A stretch of DNA of 64,000 nucleotides from Longimicrobiales bacterium (GTDB lineage: Bacteria; Gemmatimonadota; Gemmatimonadetes; Longimicrobiales; Gaopeijiaceae), in the NCBI GenBank assembly GCA_965249725.1, contig OZ252251.1:32001-96000 (forward strand), written 5' to 3'. Below, one piece after another: positions 57,656 through 64,000 of the stretch. Both the position numbers and the translations under genes were made by a program. Within the stretch, counting starts at the first letter, position 1, and each line of letters opens with the position of its first letter. Below the pieces are notes generated by a model. The model saw nothing but the letters and a program-made list of their open reading frames with translations, was not told the DNA's origin and made no database searches.

Positions 57656-59576
57656 TCAGGAGCCACCCTGCACGAAGGCCCGTAGGTCTCCGATGTCGTA
57701 GGCCCCGTTCGCGTTTCCCCGATCGTCGAGAATCGACGCTTCGCCCGCATTGATCGGTACGGCACCGGATTCTATGAAGGCGGTCAGGGCTCGCTCCACG
57801 GTCATCGAGAACTCTCCGACCGTGATCGGCACCACCACGGTACCCACGTTTCCATCGGCATCCTTGATTCCGACGCTGAACTCGAAGTCGCCCATCATTT
57901 CGGGCGCCCCACGGACGACCAATCTCATGCCGTCCGTGTCGACCATCATTCCCCGGGACGGTAAAGCATCGTCCAGGAACGCCGCATAGGGCATCAACCC
58001 TCCGGCGATCGTAAGCGAGCCCGAATAAGGGTTGAAGTGGCTTCCCTCCGGTAATCCACCCACATTCACGATGCCGGGCACCCGGCTGCTCGTCAGCCGC
58101 ACCCGAGCTTCGTCCCCGGCCGCGACGATCGAGTGAATCGTCACTCGGCTGGGGGCAGACTCCGCGTGACGCAGGGTCCCCGGACTGGTCTCGTTGTTCA
58201 GGAAAGCCTGGGGCGCGCCGCTCTGGCCCCAGGCATCGGAAGCCTCGCCTCGATTACCCCCGTTCTCGGCCGTGAGCAAGAGGTCGGCGCGTCCATCCGC
58301 CTCCACCATGGAGAACAGGTAGGGCCGAGGAGATCCCCGATCCGGTCGCCGGACACCCGCCAAATCCCAGTGGTACATGAGGACGCCGGAAGACGGCAGG
58401 TTGGCATCGAAGCCCAGCTGCGGACGGTACTCCAGGACGAGGAACTCGACGTCGTCGTCGTCCAACGGGACTCGTAAGGCCTCACCACTCTGCTGGGCGG
58501 GACCCAGGACGAACTCCTCATCGAACGCGTCATCCGCGTCGACCCATTCCACCCATCCGAGGTGCTCCTTGGACCATGGGCTGAAGTGTGTCGGGCCGAA
58601 GCTGACCCCCCGGGTGGACCCGTCGCCACACCCCCAGGAGCCTGCCGCCATGAGGCCCCAGCAACCCAACACCCAACGCCTGTTCTGGGGCTGGATTCCG
58701 TCGATGGGGTGATAGAGATCGGGCAGACCGAGCACGTGCCCGAACTCGTGGGAGACGACCCCCGCCGTCTGGAGGGTCTCCCCGGTGCAGTCCGCAGCGC
58801 TGGTAATCGTGTATCCGAAGATGAGCATGGGGTTGCCGTCGAACCCCACGTCCTCGGTCGCGAGCGCGTCGCCGAGCCAGAAGACCATGGCGCTTCGGTG
58901 AGGCCAGATGGCGGGACCACCACAGGACGCCGAGATCTCCTGGAACTCGAAGTTCACGACGTCCACGATCCCGTCGTCGTCCCCGCTGTTCGGAACGCCG
59001 TCCGGGCCGTCGTTGTCGAACTGGGTGAAATCGATGACCTCATCGACGAGCCCGACCGCCTCCACCAGATAGTCCCCGGTCCCGGTGTTGTCTCCGAGGC
59101 CGGAACTCTCACCCACCACTTCCGCGACCGTCAGGCTGGTCCGCACCCACGGGGCCACGACCCCCTCCACGGTCAGGAGTCCACCCGAAGCGTCCCGGTA
59201 GAAGTCCGTCAGCGTACCGGCCTCGGCGGGCCCCTCGAAGAGGACCCGACGAATGTCCTCGACCGGAAACCGGGGATCCTCGGAGTCCGCGAAAGAGCGC
59301 CGGGATGACCAGCAACTGAAACTGCCCACTCATGGGCGGGTTGGCGCCCGGCGCGGCCTGCGGCCTCTGACCCCTCCACACCTGTGGAAGCTCGAACACG
59401 TCAGGATCGCGCGCGACGCGATCAAAGTACGCCTGGGGTAGAGCGAGACCCCGCAGCACCGCGACCGCCTCGATGTCCTGGGCGTGCGCCGGGACGAGCA
59501 CCCCGGAAAGGAGGAGCCCAGGGAGGAGCCCAGGGAGCAGCCCGAGTAATACGCGGGGGGCCACCGTCCGGCTCAC
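57656..59576 (-). pseudogene. M6 (immune inhibitor A) metalloprotease with a +1 frameshift near 59293
   Basis: The signal peptide frame (59576) reads LLVIPALF; the 57656..59329 frame continues FADSEDP...DNDGPDG...HEFGHVLGLPDLY. Removing one T from CTCTTTCGCG joins the two frames. Confidence 0.85.
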
Positions 59577-59983
59577 GGGGTGTACCTCACTTGGTACCCG
59601 GCCAAGCCGTCCCTGACCGCGTTCTGACCGTCGGCGACTTGCACGACGGTCGTGGCAGGGGGCTGCGTCGTATCGGCGACATTCAAGCGGAAGGCTACCT
59701 CACCCGGAGTACCTAGAAGCACCACCACCTTCGTGGTATCACCCGCAGCGCTCGTGTGGAGATCACCGGTAAGCGGCTCCACGCGCGACACCCCACCGCC
59801 CACGAGATGGATCAGCGCCGCACCCTCGGCCCCGTTTGGAGACTCGAGCACCGCAGTCAGTGTTCCGGGAGCACTCCTCGGACCATCGTCCAGGCAGCCC
59901 CACACTCCTAAGAGCGCCGCGAAGAGCGCCGCGTGGGCGACCAAGGCCTTGTGGGGTGTGAAGCGTCGCGCCGAATCAGCCAT
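59573..59983 (-). CDS. Hypothetical lipoprotein
   Basis: Lipobox VWGC; overlaps both neighbours. Confidence 0.7.
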   Translation of the reverse strand: MADSARRFTPHKALVAHAALFAALLGVWGCLDDGPRSAPGTLTAVLESPNGAEGAALIHLVGGGVSRVEPLTGDLHTSAAGDTTKVVVLLGTPGEVAFRLNVADTTQPPATTVVQVADGQNAVRDGLAGYQVRYTP

Positions 59984-60848
59984 GGGCCTCGGTGGACAGA
60001 GCGTCACGGGTCGCCCGATATCCCTCGTCGAGGAAATAATCGATCTCGTCGAAATCGAAGCCACCGTGGGATTCCAGGGCAGGTCGGACGAAGGTCAGCG
60101 GAACGCCCGTCCAATCTCGCACCGTATCGCGCCTCTTCTGGCCAGCCATGATGGCGAACACCCTTTGCTGGACCGACACGAGCCCCTCCCTGGCCGCCAC
60201 ACGGGCGTCGGCGTCCGGGCCGGCCCCCGCATCGATGGCGATAATGCGCGTGGCTCCAAGATCAGCGGCCCGTTGGAGCGGCAGCATATCCTGCACGCCC
60301 CCATCGATGAAGAACCGTCCATCCACTTCAACCGGGGGGAACAGGACGGGCAGCGCGCAGGAACCGTACAGCCCGTCGACCAGAGAGACGTCCGTATCGC
60401 CTCCGTTCCCGAGCCACACCGTCTCGCCAGTGGCCAGGTCTACGACGTTCACGACCATCGGTATCTGAAGGCCACTCCAGGAGTCGGTCGGGAGCAGGGT
60501 CTGGATGAAGTCCCGCAGTGGGCTCCCCCGGAACACGCTCGCGGCTCGGATACCCCCGATCCACAAAGCCCGACGCCTTACACGGGTGATGTCAGTGCGC
60601 TTCAGGCCGCGTGCGACAGCCTCCATCTCTTCGACGGAGCGACCCCCGGAAAAGGCGGCCCCCACCATGGCACCGATGCTCGTCCCGATAATGCCGGCCA
60701 CAGGGATACCCGCCTCCTGAATGGCCTTCCAGGCACCGATGTGGGCCAGACCCTTGAGGGCTCCGCCGCCCATGACCACCCAGATCGCATCAGGCGACTC
60801 ACCGGGTGTCTCCGTATCGGTCTCACCGGGTTCATATGAGGTCGTCAT
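59976..60848 (-). CDS. Patatin-like phospholipase
   Basis: GGGALKG, GTSIG, DGG. Confidence 0.9.
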   Translation of the reverse strand: MTTSYEPGETDTETPGESPDAIWVVMGGGALKGLAHIGAWKAIQEAGIPVAGIIGTSIGAMVGAAFSGGRSVEEMEAVARGLKRTDITRVRRRALWIGGIRAASVFRGSPLRDFIQTLLPTDSWSGLQIPMVVNVVDLATGETVWLGNGGDTDVSLVDGLYGSCALPVLFPPVEVDGRFFIDGGVQDMLPLQRAADLGATRIIAIDAGAGPDADARVAAREGLVSVQQRVFAIMAGQKRRDTVRDWTGVPLTFVRPALESHGGFDFDEIDYFLDEGYRATRDALSTEAHG

Positions 60849-60928
60849 CGGCAGCACACTCGAAAAGACCGACAAGGCGACCGACGGAGCGACGGCTGGG
60901 CAGACCGCAAGCGGAACCGCGGCTCAGC

Positions 60929-60980
60929 TTGACGGTATACCAAGGCCTCTCTAGCTTTGATGAAAAGAAGAATCATTCTC
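60929..60980 (+). promoter_or_regulatory. suf promoter with a Fur-box-like operator
   Basis: TTGACG (60929)-17 bp-TAGCTT (60952); GAAAAGAAGAATCATTCTC (60962-60980) matches GATAATGATAATCATTATC at 14 of 19 positions. Confidence 0.65.
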
Positions 60981-61012
60981 AATAAGGTCCACTCTCCAGA
61001 GTTTTCCCTTCC

Positions 61013-61792
61013 ATGAGCGACACCCCAATTCTCAGGATTTCCGGCCTTTCTGCCAAGGTCGCCGACGAAGATCTCTCCATTTTGAACGGAGTGGACCTCG
61101 AGCTCGGAACCGGCGAGATCCACGCCATCATGGGCCCGAACGGCTCCGGCAAGAGCACTCTCGCCAAGGTACTGGCCGGACATCCCGGTTACGAAGTCAC
61201 GGCCGGAGAGGTCACGTACCGTGATGAGTCCATTCTGGACATGGAACCGGACGAGCGCGCCCTCGCGGGAATCTTCCTGGCCTTTCAGTACCCCGTCGAG
61301 ATCCCTGGGGTCTCGATCGCCAACTTCCTGAGGACCGCGCTTCAGGCTCGCCTGACGGGCGACGAAGAGGTCGATCTGTTCGACTTTCAGGACGAGCTCA
61401 TCGACCGCATGAAACTGCTCGACATGGAGCCTTCCTTTGCCGAGCGCCCCGTGAACGACGGGTTCAGCGGAGGCGAGAAGAAGCGCAACGAGATTCTCCA
61501 GATGGCGGTGTTGCATCCGACTTTGGCGCTCATGGACGAGACGGACTCCGGCTTGGACATCGACGCGCTCAAGGTCGTGGCTAGCGGCGTGAACACCTTG
61601 CGCGAAGAGAATCCCGAGATGACGGTGCTTCTCATCACGCACTATCAGCGGCTCCTGAACTACATCAAGCCCGATGTCGTGCACGTGATGGTCGAAGGCC
61701 GAATCGTGCGGACCGGCGGGCCCGAGGTGGCACTGAAGCTCGAAGAGGAAGGCTACGCGGAATGGGCGGACAAGGAAGCGGTGCCTGCGTAG
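61013..61792 (+). CDS. sufC: Fe-S cluster assembly ATPase SufC
   Basis: [38 protein letters not shown]. Confidence 0.96.
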   Translation: MSDTPILRISGLSAKVADEDLSILNGVDLELGTGEIHAIMGPNGSGKSTLAKVLAGHPGYEVTAGEVTYRDESILDMEPDERALAGIFLAFQYPVEIPGVSIANFLRTALQARLTGDEEVDLFDFQDELIDRMKLLDMEPSFAERPVNDGFSGGEKKRNEILQMAVLHPTLALMDETDSGLDIDALKVVASGVNTLREENPEMTVLLITHYQRLLNYIKPDVVHVMVEGRIVRTGGPEVALKLEEEGYAEWADKEAVPA

Positions 61793-61871
61793 CACCACAC
61801 ATGCCTGGCACCGCACATGAGACAGCAGAACTGTGGGGCGATCCCACGCCGACTCCAGCAGGACAACGGTC

Positions 61872-63287
<1,416 letters not shown>

Positions 63288-63289
63288 CG

Positions 63290-64000
63290 ATGGAAGCCAC
63301 CCAGGCCGTTTCGCCAACGGAGAGCGAAGACGCCACGGCGGCCCTAAACGGAGCAGCCGTGGAGCACCTGGGCCGAGAGGCCCCCGATTGGTTGCACGAG
63401 CGACGCGAGCACGCATGGTCGGTCTATGAGGACACGCCGCTTCCGACGACCCGTTCTGAGGAGTGGCGGTACACGGACCTCTCCCGGCTCATCGACCTCG
63501 AGTCGCTGAGGCTCCTCACCCCGGACGATACCGACCCCGACGCCCCGCGACCGAGACTGCTGGAAGAGGCCATGGTCGAGGACCGGGCCGCCTCCGGGCA
63601 CTCGGTGCTGGTGGACGGTCTGACGGTACAGGTGGATCTGGAAGCCGACCTCGCGGCCCAGGGGGTCGTTCTCACGTCTCTGCGGTCGGCCGTCGAGAGT
63701 CACCCCGCCCTGCTCGAGGAGCACCTCGCGGTCGCGGCCCTCCCTCCGGAGGAGGGAAAGTTCCAGGCCCTGAACGCCGCCCTCTGGACCGACGGCGTGT
63801 TCCTTTACGTGCCGAAAGGTGTGCGTCTGGAGCTTCCCGTGCGAGCCACGCGTTGGCTTTCGCACCCCGGCTCCGCCGTGTGCACGCGGACTCTCGTCAT
63901 CGCGGAAGCCGGCAGCCAGGTGTCGTACGTCGAGGAGCTTCTCTCGGACGACATGAGCGAGCGAACGCTCGTTTCGGCCGGCGTGGAGATCATCGCGAAG
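63290..64000 (+). CDS. sufD: Fe-S cluster assembly protein SufD, 5' part
   Basis: Manual translation: MEATQAV...LPTTRSEEWRYTDL...KFQALNAALWTDGVFLYVP; follows sufB. Confidence 0.9.
   Translation, partial: MEATQAVSPTESEDATAALNGAAVEHLGREAPDWLHERREHAWSVYEDTPLPTTRSEEWRYTDLSRLIDLESLRLLTPDDTDPDAPRPRLLEEAMVEDRAASGHSVLVDGLTVQVDLEADLAAQGVVLTSLRSAVESHPALLEEHLAVAALPPEEGKFQALNAALWTDGVFLYVPKGVRLELPVRATRWLSHPGSAVCTRTLVIAEAGSQVSYVEELLSDDMSERTLVSAGVEIIAK

Noticed and set aside
59976..60848. Patatin as a CBASS effector, or caspase/cyclase as Pycsar or another defence system
   Set aside because: No CD-NTase or gasdermin is present. The cyclase is a membrane CHASE2 type, the caspase is exported, and the patatin is 30 kb away in a housekeeping context.

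Overview
This is a gene-dense, high-GC bacterial chromosome segment. The gene mix (many exported lipoproteins and beta-propellers, plant/Chlamydia-type FabI, swivel-first aconitase) suggests Gemmatimonadota, which is inference only. Housekeeping content includes lat, queE, a GyrA-box-less gyrA/parC paralogue, two ECF sigma/anti-sigma pairs, a divergent paa-like epoxidase cluster with a PaaR-type operator, pfkA, transporters, tRNA-Glu and tRNA-Val, fabI, polX-ligA and sufCBD. The best candidate for an undescribed system is a cyclic-nucleotide signalling locus at about 17.3-29.7 kb. It encodes a cNMP-binding pseudo-PP2C, a giant surface lipoprotein, an MBL-fold hydrolase, an exported caspase-DUF4384 protease, a CHASE2 adenylate cyclase, an exported FecR/TPR-like protein and a GAF-HD-GYP protein. 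The second striking signal is genome erosion. Two genes (proline dehydrogenase and a CMD/AhpD-family gene) appear collapsed by in-frame internal deletion to head-plus-tail mini-ORFs. An HD-GYP gene is fused to the tail of another gene, a headless DUF190 remnant follows the tRNAs, two genes carry +1 frameshifts, and several gene junctions have 11-17 bp tandem micro-duplications. No CRISPR array, transposase, integrase or rRNA was seen. All family calls come from motif recognition by eye; no database search was run.
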